From the NCBI GenBank assembly GCA_963674945.2, contig CAXXWQ010000003.1, forward strand, positions 128,001 through 192,000: DNA of 64,000 nucleotides, in the 5' to 3' direction. How positions within the stretch are numbered: the stretch's first letter is position 1; the number at the start of each line of letters is the position of its first letter. The position numbers were made by a program, and so were the translations under genes. Under the pieces are notes generated by a model. The model ran no database searches and was not told the DNA's origin. It saw nothing but the letters and a program-made list of their open reading frames with translations. Of this stretch, positions 47,400 to 58,149 are shown piece by piece. This DNA is from an uncultured Desulfosarcina sp. (GTDB taxonomy: Bacteria > Desulfobacterota > Desulfobacteria > Desulfobacterales > Desulfosarcinaceae).

Positions 47400-47930
47400 A
47401 TGCCCCCCCCAGTGATTTCCATTGTTGCCAAAAGTGGAACCGGTAAAACCACCCTCTTGGAAAAACTGATCGCCGAATTGAAACGTCGCGGCTACCGGGT
47501 CGGTGTGGTGAAGCATGATGCACACAGATTCGAAATCGACCATGAGGGAAAAGACTCCTGGCGACTGACCCAGGCCGGCGCCGACACCATGGTGATCAGT
47601 TCCCGTGAAAAATTGGCGATGGTAAAAATCAATCCCAAAGAAGACGAGCCGCACGTAACCGAGTTGATCGACACCTATTTTTCGGATGTGGATATCGTAT
47701 TGACGGAAGGATTCAAGAAAAACGCATTTCCGAAAATCGAGGTCAACCGGAAAGAACGCAGCAGGGTCCTGTTGTGCCGCGGTGAAGGATATGATCCAGA
47801 CTTGATTGCCGTTGCATCCGATGATCGTCTCGACCTGGATGTTCCCGTTCATGATATTAACGACGATCATGGATTATGCGACAGAATCGAAGCCTATTGC
47901 CTCACCCCCGATCCTTCGAGAGAAACGTGA
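47400..47930 (+). CDS. mobB: Molybdopterin-guanine dinucleotide biosynthesis protein B
   Basis: SGTGKTT, VKHDAH, GKDSW, EGFK. Confidence 0.92.
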   Translation: MPPPVISIVAKSGTGKTTLLEKLIAELKRRGYRVGVVKHDAHRFEIDHEGKDSWRLTQAGADTMVISSREKLAMVKINPKEDEPHVTELIDTYFSDVDIVLTEGFKKNAFPKIEVNRKERSRVLLCRGEGYDPDLIAVASDDRLDLDVPVHDINDDHGLCDRIEAYCLTPDPSRET

Positions 47931-48670
47931 ACGGGAAAGAAGGTTCCATCCAATTTACGGCCCAAGGACTTCGACTGTCGGGTGTCCTGCACCTGCCCGA
48001 TAAATCGCCGAAGGCTGTGGTCATCGGATGCCATGGCCTGCTCGCCGACAAAAACTCTCCCAAACAGATCGCGCTGGCCCGCGCCGTAAACGCCATCGAC
48101 ATGGCCTATTTTCGTTTCGATCACAGGGGGCGTGGAGAGAGCCAGGGGGACTTTGAAACCGTCACGACCGTGGGAAACCGGATGTGCGATCTATTGGCGG
48201 CCGTCGAAACGATGAAAAAGACCTTTGGCGCCATGATGCCCATCGGACTCTTCGGAAGCAGCCTGGGGGGGACAGTCTGTCTCACGACGGCTCGACACGT
48301 CTCGCCATTTTCCATCGTTACCCTGGCCGCACCGATTCGAAGCCGGACGATCCGACTCCCCGAGGGTTCTCCGGAGTCCTTGGTGAATGAAATCGATGCG
48401 AAACGGTTGACATTCGATGTAACCGCCCAACTGAATGCCATCGATCACCTGTTGATCATCCACGGCGGGGATGACGAAACGGTGCCTGTGGAGAACGCTC
48501 ATTTTCTTTTTCAAATGGCCATTGATCCGAAAAAAAAAATGATCCTGAACGGTGGAGATCACCGGATCAGCGATATTGACCAGCAAGAGATCTTCATCGC
48601 AGAGAGTGTGGATTGGTTCGAACGATGCTTCAAATCATTTTCTGATGCCAATTCCAGGCGGTTCGAATGA
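47927..48670 (+). CDS. Alpha/beta hydrolase
   Basis: CHG, FDHRGRGES, GSSLGG, HGGDDETV, GDH; GTG start overlaps the mobB stop. Confidence 0.88.
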   Translation: MNGKEGSIQFTAQGLRLSGVLHLPDKSPKAVVIGCHGLLADKNSPKQIALARAVNAIDMAYFRFDHRGRGESQGDFETVTTVGNRMCDLLAAVETMKKTFGAMMPIGLFGSSLGGTVCLTTARHVSPFSIVTLAAPIRSRTIRLPEGSPESLVNEIDAKRLTFDVTAQLNAIDHLLIIHGGDDETVPVENAHFLFQMAIDPKKKMILNGGDHRISDIDQQEIFIAESVDWFERCFKSFSDANSRRFE

Positions 48671-49616
48671 TCTCTTGAAGCGTTTGATAGGCCGGCCTCC
48701 ATCCCAATACTTCTTTGATCCGATCGGAACTGGCAATCAGGGTTGCAGGGTCACCTGTCCTGCGCGGGGCTTCCAACACCGGTATTTTTCTCCCGGTCAC
48801 GGATTCGGCGATATCGATCACCTCTTTTACCGAAAATCCGTTGCTGCTGCCGAGGTTGTATACGGTGCTGTCGCCGCCGTCAAGCAACGCTCCCAACGCC
48901 AGCATGTGTGCCTGTGCCAGATCGTTGACATGAATATAGTCACGGACACAGGTGCCGTCAGGGGTGGGATAATCGGTCCCGAATATTTGAATATGTTCGA
49001 TCCTGCCAACGGCGGCAGAGAGAACGATGGGGATGAGATGGGTTTCGGGATCGTGCATCTCCCCGATCTCGCCACTTTCGTCGGCACCGGCGGCGTTGAA
49101 GTAGCGAAGGGTGGTGTAACGTAAGCCGTATGCTGCATCGCAATCGGCCAGCATGCGCTCCACGCCCAACTTTGTATTGCCATAGGGATTGGTTGGCAGG
49201 CATGGATGTCTTTCGGTAATGGGCGTCTGCAAAGGTTCGCCGTACACGGCAGCCGTCGATGAAAAAATGAATCGTTTGACGCCATGACGGATCATGGCCT
49301 CGAGCAAGACCATGGTTTCGGAAAGGTTGTTTCGATAATAGTCCAACGGGCGACGCACGGATTCTCCCACTTGGGAGAACGCGGCAAAGTGCATCACCGC
49401 ATCGAACCGATGTTCTTGAAAGAGCCGGTCCAGTAGCCGGACATCCCCGAGGCTGCCGACAACCAACTCACCGTTCTTGACAAGCGTTCGATTTCCGGTG
49501 GAAAGATTGTCCAGGATCACCACCCGGTACCCTTCATCGACGAGCGTTCGAACCATGTGAGACCCGATGTATCCGGCCCCTCCCACGACAAGGATTTTGT
49601 TTTCTGTCTCGTTCAT
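48630..49616 (-). CDS. galE: UDP-glucose 4-epimerase
   Basis: GGAGYIGSH, SSTAAVYG, YGNTK, LRYFNAAGA, DGTCVRDYIHV. Confidence 0.95.
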   Translation of the reverse strand: MNETENKILVVGGAGYIGSHMVRTLVDEGYRVVILDNLSTGNRTLVKNGELVVGSLGDVRLLDRLFQEHRFDAVMHFAAFSQVGESVRRPLDYYRNNLSETMVLLEAMIRHGVKRFIFSSTAAVYGEPLQTPITERHPCLPTNPYGNTKLGVERMLADCDAAYGLRYTTLRYFNAAGADESGEIGEMHDPETHLIPIVLSAAVGRIEHIQIFGTDYPTPDGTCVRDYIHVNDLAQAHMLALGALLDGGDSTVYNLGSSNGFSVKEVIDIAESVTGRKIPVLEAPRRTGDPATLIASSDRIKEVLGWRPAYQTLQEIIRTAWNWHQKMI

Positions 49617-49698
49617 GGGCTCTTTTCAGCTCAACTTTCGGAATTCATCCCAAGGCATCATTACACGATTCTGTTCCGCAAAAACCAACCGGTACCTG

Positions 49699-51459
49699 TC
49701 AGATGAACCGCTTTTGCCCCAAGTAGATGAGTATCTCCTGGGCCGCTTCATCGGGGCTCTTTCCCGTCGTGTCCACCCGTACTTCCGGTGACTCGGGAAT
49801 CTCGTAGGGATCGTCGATGCCGGTGTATCCTTTGATGAGCCCGGCCCTGGCCTTGGCATACATCCCTTTCCGATCCCGCTTTTCACAAACATCCAGCGGC
49901 GTTGCCACATGGACCTCCACGAACCCGCCCAAGGCTTCGATGTTGGATCGTATCTCCGCTCGTGTGGCCGCATAGGGGGCGATGGGTGCGCAGATGGCAA
50001 CGCCCCGATTTTTCGTGATTTCGCTGGCCACGAAACCGATTCGCCGGACGTTGATGTCGCGGTGCTCTTTGGAAAAAGAGAGTTCGTTGGAAAGATTCTG
50101 CCGGACGATATCCCCATCCAAGAGCGTGACCGGCCGTTTTCCAATTTCGAGCATCTTTGCGTAAAGCACCCGGGCAATGGTCGATTTGCCGGCACCGGAA
50201 AGACCGGTGAAAAAAATCGTAAACCCCTGTCTGGAGGGCGGCGGGTAGGCCTTTTTCAGCTCCGCCACCACCTCCGGAAATGTGGCCCACCGGGGAATCT
50301 GCCTGCCGCTTCGGATCCGTTCCCGAATGTCCAGGCTGGACAGGGTAATGGTCTCGACGCCGGATGGGACCTCTGCCTTCGGAAAGAATTGGTCCTCAAA
50401 TGGGACATAGACCAACGCATCAAAGGGGATATCCACGATACCGATATCGCTTGCAAATTCCTGGACGAAGGCTTGCGTGTCGTCACTGTCATAAAATGGT
50501 GCACTTCCATTTTGACAGGCCGGATCGGCGTGTCGGTGGCCGATGATGAAATGGGTGCACCCGTAATTTTTCCCGATAATGCACTGAAGCAGTGCCTCCC
50601 TCGGACCTGCCATTCTCATGGAGATGGGCAAAAGGCTGATGATGGCCGACTCCGGCGGGAAATACCCCACAACGTGACGGTAACACCGGACCCGCGTATA
50701 GTAGTCGAAATCTCCTGGACCGGTGACGCCCACCCCGGGAAGCAGCAGCAGGTTGGCCTGCCCTTTCTGCATGGCCCGGATGGCCATCTCGAATTCCGGT
50801 TTGTGGATGGTGTTCGTGGTGTGGAACCCGACGATGCGGCTCCACCCCAATTTTCGGATCAATCCCCTTACTTCGGGAGGCGTCATGCGAAGCTGCTTGA
50901 AGTCGAAATGAAGCGGAAGATTCAGCACCTCCAGCGAACCGCCGACATAGTAATCACCACAATCCTGAAACAGACTACCGACCCCGGGGTGGGATTTGTC
51001 CGTCGTTCCGTAAAGCAGCTGTGCCTCCCTCTCCTTGTCCGGTTTCCAGATATCCTCCACATGCATTATGGCAAGAAGAAAGCCTTCCGGGTCCCGAAGA
51101 ACTACGGATTGCCCCGCCTCCAGCGGCCTGGCGGCTGTTTCGGAGACATCCAGACAGATGGGAACAGGCCAGAGTGTGCCGTCCTGAAGTTTCATCCGAT
51201 CCAGTACGGATTCGTAGTTACTGCGATTCATGAACCCGCTCAGCGGGGAGTAGGCGCCGGTTGTCAATAGTTCGAAATCACAAAGCAAACGATCATCTAA
51301 GGTAACACTGGGAAGATCGGTGGAAATTTTCTTGAGCAGTCTGGCGCGTTCGGGTGCCACAAGCAAATTGACATATTTCCCGCCATGGTAGTCCGCGTCT
51401 CGAGTTCCCTTTTCGGCCATTTTCCCATGATCCTTTGTGGTACACGATTTGTCTTTCAT
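49699..51459 (-). CDS. cysC: Fused sulfate adenylyltransferase-like / adenylylsulfate kinase (sulfurylase motifs degenerate)
   Basis: Sat-like N-terminus (YSPLSGFM, WPVPI, AGPREA); kinase GLSGAGKST, LDGD, RDRKGMY, YTGIDDPYE; TGATG overlap with the upstream gene. Confidence 0.88.
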   Translation of the reverse strand: MKDKSCTTKDHGKMAEKGTRDADYHGGKYVNLLVAPERARLLKKISTDLPSVTLDDRLLCDFELLTTGAYSPLSGFMNRSNYESVLDRMKLQDGTLWPVPICLDVSETAARPLEAGQSVVLRDPEGFLLAIMHVEDIWKPDKEREAQLLYGTTDKSHPGVGSLFQDCGDYYVGGSLEVLNLPLHFDFKQLRMTPPEVRGLIRKLGWSRIVGFHTTNTIHKPEFEMAIRAMQKGQANLLLLPGVGVTGPGDFDYYTRVRCYRHVVGYFPPESAIISLLPISMRMAGPREALLQCIIGKNYGCTHFIIGHRHADPACQNGSAPFYDSDDTQAFVQEFASDIGIVDIPFDALVYVPFEDQFFPKAEVPSGVETITLSSLDIRERIRSGRQIPRWATFPEVVAELKKAYPPPSRQGFTIFFTGLSGAGKSTIARVLYAKMLEIGKRPVTLLDGDIVRQNLSNELSFSKEHRDINVRRIGFVASEITKNRGVAICAPIAPYAATRAEIRSNIEALGGFVEVHVATPLDVCEKRDRKGMYAKARAGLIKGYTGIDDPYEIPESPEVRVDTTGKSPDEAAQEILIYLGQKRFI

Positions 51460-52058
51460 CAGAAACGGAGTTTGAGTCCGAAACGGAATTCATTGTCGTA
51501 CAGTTCCCAATCCCCGGGACCTGACGTCATGTCCATGTCGTAGGCATTGTACTCTGCGACGATGGCCGCATTCTGAACGATGTAGAGGGCCAGGCCGAAC
51601 GTATAGGTAAATACGTTTTCCGTATCGCGAAACGACAGGATCTCAGGAGCATATGCCAGGCCACCATATATTTCGATGGGAATGAACGTCATTTCCCGGT
51701 AAAATGTGTACGACACCCTTGCGGCAAAGGCCAGAGCACCCACATTACTGGATACAAAGGTTTTTTCGGCTTCTCCAAAAAAACCTTTAAACCCCACCTC
51801 TATGCCCATTCCTGGCACCAGGGTCTCGGATCCGACGGCGAAATCCATGTCCAGCCATTTATATTCCATGTTATCTTTATCCACGTAAAGAGCGGCGCCT
51901 CCTGCTTTCCAATAGCCGTTCATCGTATGCTTTTTGTATTGCAGACCGCCATCGATGGAGTGTTCCCCGACCGTCAGTCCCACTTCATATTCGCTGGCGA
52001 CACACCAGCCGACCATGGTGAATTCAAACACCAACAAAAACAGCAGAATCTTTCGCAT
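51459..52058 (-). CDS. YfaZ-like outer-membrane beta-barrel protein
   Basis: Signal peptide, alternating beta pattern, YAPEILSF, terminal Phe; AAGGAG RBS. Confidence 0.7.
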   Translation of the reverse strand: MRKILLFLLVFEFTMVGWCVASEYEVGLTVGEHSIDGGLQYKKHTMNGYWKAGGAALYVDKDNMEYKWLDMDFAVGSETLVPGMGIEVGFKGFFGEAEKTFVSSNVGALAFAARVSYTFYREMTFIPIEIYGGLAYAPEILSFRDTENVFTYTFGLALYIVQNAAIVAEYNAYDMDMTSGPGDWELYDNEFRFGLKLRF

Positions 52059-52243
52059 CTTTTCTCCTTTACGTCCGGATATACCATTGTTGAAGAAACT
52101 GGATCTGTTGAATCTTTGTTGCCCTTTCCATCGTAGGCTATACAACACCTGCGGTAAAAAATTCAATGCCATTAGCATTGCAGTGTCTTACGGAAAGTGA
52201 AGGCGGTCAACCAATTTTTCCGATTTTCCGGATGAACGCTGAT

Positions 52244-53005
52244 CTATGTGCGCATCTTGTATCCAATACGCAAAATGCCGAGACAAACAATGCTCACGAC
52301 AATGAAAAAGAGAATAGAGATGGAAATGCTCAGATGGACGGGTTTGTCCGATACGCCCAGAAAACCGAAACGAAACCCGTCGATCAGATAGAAAAAAGGA
52401 TTGAAGAGGCTGACGTTTTCCCAAAATGGGGGAAGTTTGTTGATGGAATAGAAAACACCGGACAGAAAGGAGAGAGGGAGGACCACAAAATTTTGGAACG
52501 CCGCAATATGGTCCCATTTCTCCGCCAAAATGGCGGAAATCAGACCCAATCCCCCCAAAATTCCCCCTCCGACCATGGTGAAAAGAACCACCATGTCCAC
52601 ACGGGTCACCGGCAAGGTGGTAAAGATCAAACTGGCTGCCCATACGCCGATGCCCACACTCATCCCCCGTATGATGGATGCGCCCACGTAAGCGATGTAG
52701 ATTTCCAACTCGGATAACGGCGACAGAAGCATGAAAATCACGTTACCGGTCATTTTGGATTGAAACAGGCTCGAAGAGCTGTTGGCAAAGGCATTCTGCA
52801 GCACGGCCATCATCATCAGTCCAGGCACAAGAAATACGAGGTACGGCACGTTGGCATAGACCGTCACGTGCTTGCTCAGCACGGATCCGAAAACCAGCAG
52901 GTAAAGCAGCACCGTCACCACCGGTGTAAGGATTGTCTGTATGGCAACCTTCATGAATCGCAACACCTCTTTCACAAAAAGTGTGTACATGCCATGCCAG
53001 TTCAC
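52244..53005 (-). CDS. ABC-2 type permease (YadH-like)
   Basis: PGLMMM, NAFANSSSS, FLSGVFY, NPFFYLIDGFR. Confidence 0.9.
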   Translation of the reverse strand: MNWHGMYTLFVKEVLRFMKVAIQTILTPVVTVLLYLLVFGSVLSKHVTVYANVPYLVFLVPGLMMMAVLQNAFANSSSSLFQSKMTGNVIFMLLSPLSELEIYIAYVGASIIRGMSVGIGVWAASLIFTTLPVTRVDMVVLFTMVGGGILGGLGLISAILAEKWDHIAAFQNFVVLPLSFLSGVFYSINKLPPFWENVSLFNPFFYLIDGFRFGFLGVSDKPVHLSISISILFFIVVSIVCLGILRIGYKMRT

Positions 53006-53919
53006 GGTGCGTTTCCTCTCGTCAAAGATAAAAAGACTTCTTCCAGTCCCGGCTCGTGGATGCGCAAGTCGGCAATCCGGCCCCCAGCCGCATTGAGCGC
53101 CCCCAACACGGCACCGATCTGATCGTGTCGTCGATCCAGTCTGAGAATGAACTGCCGGTCGGATTGGGAAATCACCAGTTTCTTCATCTTTTCCGGCAAG
53201 TCAGCGGGCGGTCGAACCATCTCCAATGTCAAGATACGATACGGGCATAGGTTCATTAAATTGGATTTGCTGTCCATGGCGATCAACTGTCCCCGGTCGA
53301 GGATCGCGATTTGCTCACAAAGGGCTTCGGCCTCCTCCAGGTAGTGGGTCGTCAGAACGATCGTATGCCCTTGTTGGTGCAATCGTCGAATAAAGCGCCA
53401 TAGAATCTGTCGCAGTTCCACATCGACCCCGGCGGTGGGTTCATCCAAGACGACGACACGGGGTTTGTGAACCAGGGCCTGGGCAATCAACGCGCGACGT
53501 TTCATCCCGCCGGAAAGGTGATTCATGGTGGTCTTGGCTTTGTCACCGAGGCTGAGAATATCCATCAGTTCTTCGATCCATGTGTCGTTTTGGCGCCCGA
53601 GACCGAAATACCCCGATTGTAGCCGCAACATCTCCCGAACGGTGAAAAACGGATCGAATGCCAGTTCCTGTGGAACGATTCCCAACGCCAGCCGTGCCTG
53701 ACGCCAATGTTTGCGGACATCGTGTCCCATGACGGCAATGGTTCCCCCATCGGCACGACTGAGGCCGGCCATCGTGTTGATCAGCGTCGATTTTCCGGCA
53801 CCGTTGGGACCCAGCAGTCCAAAAAATTTGCCTGTCTCAATGGACAGGCTGACATCATTCAGCGCATTTACGGCCCCGAACGATTTACATACATGATCCA
53901 CCGCTACTGCCACTGACAT
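53002..53919 (-). CDS. ABC transporter ATP-binding protein (YadG-like)
   Basis: GPNGAGKST, LSGGMKRR, LDEPTAGVD, TTHY. Confidence 0.93.
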   Translation of the reverse strand: MSVAVAVDHVCKSFGAVNALNDVSLSIETGKFFGLLGPNGAGKSTLINTMAGLSRADGGTIAVMGHDVRKHWRQARLALGIVPQELAFDPFFTVREMLRLQSGYFGLGRQNDTWIEELMDILSLGDKAKTTMNHLSGGMKRRALIAQALVHKPRVVVLDEPTAGVDVELRQILWRFIRRLHQQGHTIVLTTHYLEEAEALCEQIAILDRGQLIAMDSKSNLMNLCPYRILTLEMVRPPADLPEKMKKLVISQSDRQFILRLDRRHDQIGAVLGALNAAGGRIADLRIHEPGLEEVFLSLTRGNAP

Positions 53920-54206
53920 GACAACACCCCCTACCGGTCCCGGGATCGAAATCCGAATGGACTCGAGAAAAGTTGGATTTGGATCCGTTTTTCACAACTC
54001 GCGAAACCGAAACATGACAAGTAAGGCGTCGTCGCGACAATGTCAACGCCGTGGGAAGACAGGGGACTTTTTATTTGGGCTTTTGTATCGGGTGTGGTAT
54101 TCTGTTGAATTAGTATATCTTATTGGAAAATTCATGTTTTCGTCGATAACTCCATGCAAGCTTCGCAAGCTTGGGAACCGTGACCGCATTCGCAAAGGTA
54201 TTTCTC

Positions 54207-55220
54207 ATGGCGACAGACGCACAAGCAATCGCACTACAGATATTACAATCGAATATCCAATTGCCACCGGTTCCAACCGTTGGTGTGCAATTGCTATCCT
54301 TAAACCGTCAACCCATCGAAGAGATCAATCTGTCCAATTTTATCCAATTGGTCGAGACCGATCCAAGCCTTGTCACCCGTCTCCTCCAAATGGCCAACTC
54401 CGCCTATTTCGGTTCCGCCGTTAAAATATCCAGTCTACGGCAGGCCGTCGTCCACATCGGTTTAGAAGAGGCCTTAAGCGCAGTAAGCTGGTATTTTTTC
54501 CAAACAGCCCTGCCAAAATTTCCAAAACTGGAGGGTTTCTCGGGAAAAGACTATTGGTCTCATTCCTGGGCATGTGCGGTTGCCAACCGCATGCTGGGCC
54601 GCCAGGATCTGAACATCGATTGTCTGCCCGGAGAACTCTATATTGCCGGGCTACTGCACGGTGTGGGCAAATTGATACTGGCCCTGCATCGCCCTGCGGA
54701 CTTTCTCCAATGCCTGGAGAATGCAGGAATGTACAACCTGCCCCTTTTTCAGGCGGAGTTGGACATTTTGGGGACAACGGATACGGATATTGCCTATGAG
54801 ATCCTCAAGACCTGGGAATTTCCGGAAAATATCTGCATTGGCGTCAAACACTTCAGCAATCCCGATGCCGCCCCCTTGCAATTTCGACAATTTGCCCAGG
54901 TAACCCAATTTGCCTACTATATCGCCAACACCTCCGGCGTGGGCAATAACGGAGACCTTTTCAGCTTTGATTTGGGAGATACGGTGTTAGGGAAAAATAG
55001 CGATTCACCGCTCTCGGATGAGAACACCAGAAACCGCGTCGTCAAAGATATCTATGATACCATTCGAAAAAAACATGCCGCCCTTTCCGATAAGGAAAGC
55101 GACACGGCGCCACCCTCACCTTCGACGAAAACCGTAAATCGGAATAGTGGTTCGACGAAACGAAAAAAGGCCCAAAAAAAAGTCGGTTGGCTGTCACGAC
55201 TGCTTCAAATTTTCAAATAA
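54207..55220 (+). CDS. HDOD-domain protein
   Basis: LPPVP, DPSLVTRLLQMANS, WSHS, AGLLHGVGKL, W.FP. Confidence 0.88.
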   Translation: MATDAQAIALQILQSNIQLPPVPTVGVQLLSLNRQPIEEINLSNFIQLVETDPSLVTRLLQMANSAYFGSAVKISSLRQAVVHIGLEEALSAVSWYFFQTALPKFPKLEGFSGKDYWSHSWACAVANRMLGRQDLNIDCLPGELYIAGLLHGVGKLILALHRPADFLQCLENAGMYNLPLFQAELDILGTTDTDIAYEILKTWEFPENICIGVKHFSNPDAAPLQFRQFAQVTQFAYYIANTSGVGNNGDLFSFDLGDTVLGKNSDSPLSDENTRNRVVKDIYDTIRKKHAALSDKESDTAPPSPSTKTVNRNSGSTKRKKAQKKVGWLSRLLQIFK

Positions 55221-55329
55221 TGCGGTTTGTTTCTCCTTGAAAATCCAGTTTGCTTGCTTACATTTATCCCTCATTTATTCCGATGTCTGGTGCTTCAACG
55301 TTCCATCGAAAAATAAGGAATTGAACTGC

Positions 55330-57228
55330 GTGTGTGGTATACACGGAATCTTTTCGACCCATCTTGACCACCGACGGTTGCGGCGGCGCCTGATCGAAAT
55401 GGGCCGGCGTCAAAAACATCGCGGTCCGGATGATGAAGGACAGCGCATATACGAAGTTCCATACGGACTGCTGGGTTTCGGCTTCGTCCGTCTTTCCATT
55501 CTCGACCTGGAAACCGGTATGCAACCCATCGAACGGCCCGAGACAGGATCTTCCATCATCTGCAACGGTCAGATCTACAACTATGTCGAATTGCGGACCG
55601 AACTTGCCGGAACTCCCTTTTTGACGAAAGGAGACATCGAGACGGCGCTGGTGCTCTATGATCGCCACGGCGTCGATTTCCTTACGCGATTGAACGGAAT
55701 GTATGCCGGTGCCATATACGATAAGCGAAGAAAGCGACTTTTCCTGTTTCGGGATCGGTTCGGGATCAAACCCTTGTACTACACCCTTCACAATGGGCTC
55801 TTTGCGTTCTCTTCCGAGATCAAGCCGCTTTTTTCGTCAAGCAGGGCTCCCCGAAGGATTCGTACCCGTCGGTTGGCGACCTATTTCACCTACCGGTATG
55901 TGCCGGGTGAGCAGACGCTATTCGAGGGCATCAAACGACTTCCGCCCGGTTCGTACCTGGATTACGACTTGGCGACGAACACGTTTACGGTTCATCGTTA
56001 CTGGGACTACCGGCCACAACGAATCGATAGCGACATCGGCGTAGATGATGCCGCAGAGAATTTTTACCATCTGCTCACCGATGCGGTGCGGATACGACTC
56101 CGGTCTGATGTGGAGGTCGGCAGTTTGATCAGCAGCGGCATCGATTCATCCGCCGTGGCGGCATTGACATCGCAAAAAAAACCCGATGTGCAACTGTTCA
56201 CCATCGCCTTCGAAGAAAAAAAATACGACGAGCTTTCCCACGTAAGACGATTCATCCAGAGCGCACCAAGACGGTTTGCCCACACGCAACATCACGTGGA
56301 ACGATGCGGCAAACGGCATCTGGACGAACTTCCACAAATCGTCGCGGCCCTGGAGGAACCCTTGTGCCTCGGCGCGATACTGCCCACCGACCATGTGTGC
56401 CGGATGGCCGGAGAAAAACTTAAGGTGGTCCTCACCGGCGAAGGAGCCGATGAGATATTCGGTGGTTACCGAAAACACCTGATCGAAGCGGCCGCCTGCC
56501 TCTATCCACACTTGGGCGTGAGGGATCGAAAAAAGATGGACGAGCGGTTCCCGGAACTTCGCGATTACATGGCAGTACGCAAACCTGACCCGATGGCCCG
56601 CTATATTCAAAGTGAGCTGCTTTTTGGTGAAGAAGAGCTGGAAAGGCTGCTCGGGGTGTTTTCGGTCGATGATCTGACCCCGACCGAGGCCTATCCCGTA
56701 TTAGACGGCAGCGAACACCCGCTCAACGCCATGATCGCCATGGAGAGTCGTTTCAGACTTCCGGATTATGTCCTCTTGCGGCTGGATAAACTCTCCATGA
56801 GGCACTCTTTGGAGACCCGAACACCGTTCCTGGACTATCGCATCGCAGAGTTTGCCTCCTCATTGCCGGTATCCTACAAGGTAAATTTGGATCTTTTCCA
56901 GGAGAAGTATATCTGCCGGTACGCATTGGAAAAGTACGGCGTAGTCGATCCGCTTACGGCCCGACGGGGAAAACAGCCTTTTACCATCCCACTGGCCGAA
57001 TGGCTGTCGTCACCACGATCTTTGCCGGAGTACATGCAGGAGATCGTAGTCGGCGATCGGGTCGAAAAACAGGGAATCGTCGATGCAAAAATGTTTAAAG
57101 AACTGGTGCACAGCGTATCCACGCGAAACGTCGGTCCGCAAACCCTCGTCTCCAATGCGGACCGTGTTTTTTCCATTGTGATCTTTACCCTCTGGTACGA
57201 TGCTTTTTTTACAACAAGGAACGAATGA
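55330..57228 (+). CDS. asnB: Asparagine synthase-like glutamine amidotransferase
   Basis: GTG start giving CGI Ntn Cys, HRGPD, RDRFGIKPLYY, SSGIDSS, TGEGADE, R.PFLD. Confidence 0.88.
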   Translation: MCGIHGIFSTHLDHRRLRRRLIEMGRRQKHRGPDDEGQRIYEVPYGLLGFGFVRLSILDLETGMQPIERPETGSSIICNGQIYNYVELRTELAGTPFLTKGDIETALVLYDRHGVDFLTRLNGMYAGAIYDKRRKRLFLFRDRFGIKPLYYTLHNGLFAFSSEIKPLFSSSRAPRRIRTRRLATYFTYRYVPGEQTLFEGIKRLPPGSYLDYDLATNTFTVHRYWDYRPQRIDSDIGVDDAAENFYHLLTDAVRIRLRSDVEVGSLISSGIDSSAVAALTSQKKPDVQLFTIAFEEKKYDELSHVRRFIQSAPRRFAHTQHHVERCGKRHLDELPQIVAALEEPLCLGAILPTDHVCRMAGEKLKVVLTGEGADEIFGGYRKHLIEAAACLYPHLGVRDRKKMDERFPELRDYMAVRKPDPMARYIQSELLFGEEELERLLGVFSVDDLTPTEAYPVLDGSEHPLNAMIAMESRFRLPDYVLLRLDKLSMRHSLETRTPFLDYRIAEFASSLPVSYKVNLDLFQEKYICRYALEKYGVVDPLTARRGKQPFTIPLAEWLSSPRSLPEYMQEIVVGDRVEKQGIVDAKMFKELVHSVSTRNVGPQTLVSNADRVFSIVIFTLWYDAFFTTRNE

Positions 57229-58149
57229 ATGGGAATCGTCGAAAACGAAGGATTGGTGGTCGACTATACGCGTGAGGTGATTCATCAATTGGAAAAAGGC
57301 ATTGGGGGGAATCGGCGATCTTACGGGTTCGAGTATGAATTTTTGCCCGCCGATACCCTCGGGCCGGAAGACATGGCAAGGATTCACGACCTCTTGCCGG
57401 AGATCGGGTATCGCCACACGAAAGAAGGGTTTTCCTCACCATTCGGATTGCAAGTGGTGTTCGAGCCCGGCGGCCAGATCGAGTTTTGCAGCATTCCCAT
57501 GGCAGGCTGGCAAAAAGAGTTGTTTCATTCGATGATGGAAACCATCGAAAAGACCCTTTCGGCCATCGAATCCCGATTGAATATCGTCTACTTGCCCGTA
57601 GGCTATCTGCCGGGCCGACAGGATGCGCCCCTTTGCCTTACCAGTGAACGGTACGTGAAGATGCACGCCCGGATGCCCAAATGCGGAACCCGTGGGCGGG
57701 AGATGATGAAGGCGACAGCCTCCATCCAGCTGCATGCCGGCATCGACGCCATGGACAAAATCGTTCCCATATTCGCTGCCATGCGAACATTGGCAGCGGG
57801 AGATCGGTTCGGATTCGGGCCGGATCGCAAGGACATCTGGGAAAACACCGACCCCAGCCGTTGCGGTGATCCCTTCGAGGGAAGGATCGACGATCTTTCC
57901 ACCCGCCAGTTGATCGAAACCTATGTACGTTTCGCGCTGAAGGCGGAAGATTTGGGAGAAAATATTCCTTTCGCAACTGTTCCGGATTCCGGTATTGCCC
58001 GTTTCTTCGAACACCTGACCACGATTTTCACCAACACCCGGTTGAATCTCAAAGGTCCGTCCATCGAGTTACGAACAATGGACAGTCTTCCCCTGGACCT
58101 CTTCGCCCGGCGATGGCGGGAATTCATCGACATCATGGATGGGATTTAA
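57229..58149 (+). CDS. Glutamate-cysteine ligase family 2 (GCS2)-like carboxylate-amine ligase, short form
   Basis: [44 protein letters not shown]; 306 aa. Confidence 0.8.
   Translation: MGIVENEGLVVDYTREVIHQLEKGIGGNRRSYGFEYEFLPADTLGPEDMARIHDLLPEIGYRHTKEGFSSPFGLQVVFEPGGQIEFCSIPMAGWQKELFHSMMETIEKTLSAIESRLNIVYLPVGYLPGRQDAPLCLTSERYVKMHARMPKCGTRGREMMKATASIQLHAGIDAMDKIVPIFAAMRTLAAGDRFGFGPDRKDIWENTDPSRCGDPFEGRIDDLSTRQLIETYVRFALKAEDLGENIPFATVPDSGIARFFEHLTTIFTNTRLNLKGPSIELRTMDSLPLDLFARRWREFIDIMDGI

Noticed and set aside
49909..51270. 453-aa + strand ORF
   Set aside because: Antisense shadow of sat-cysC
53918..54424. 168-aa ORF spanning the ABC/HDOD gap
   Set aside because: Overlaps HDOD out of frame and has no protein-like motifs
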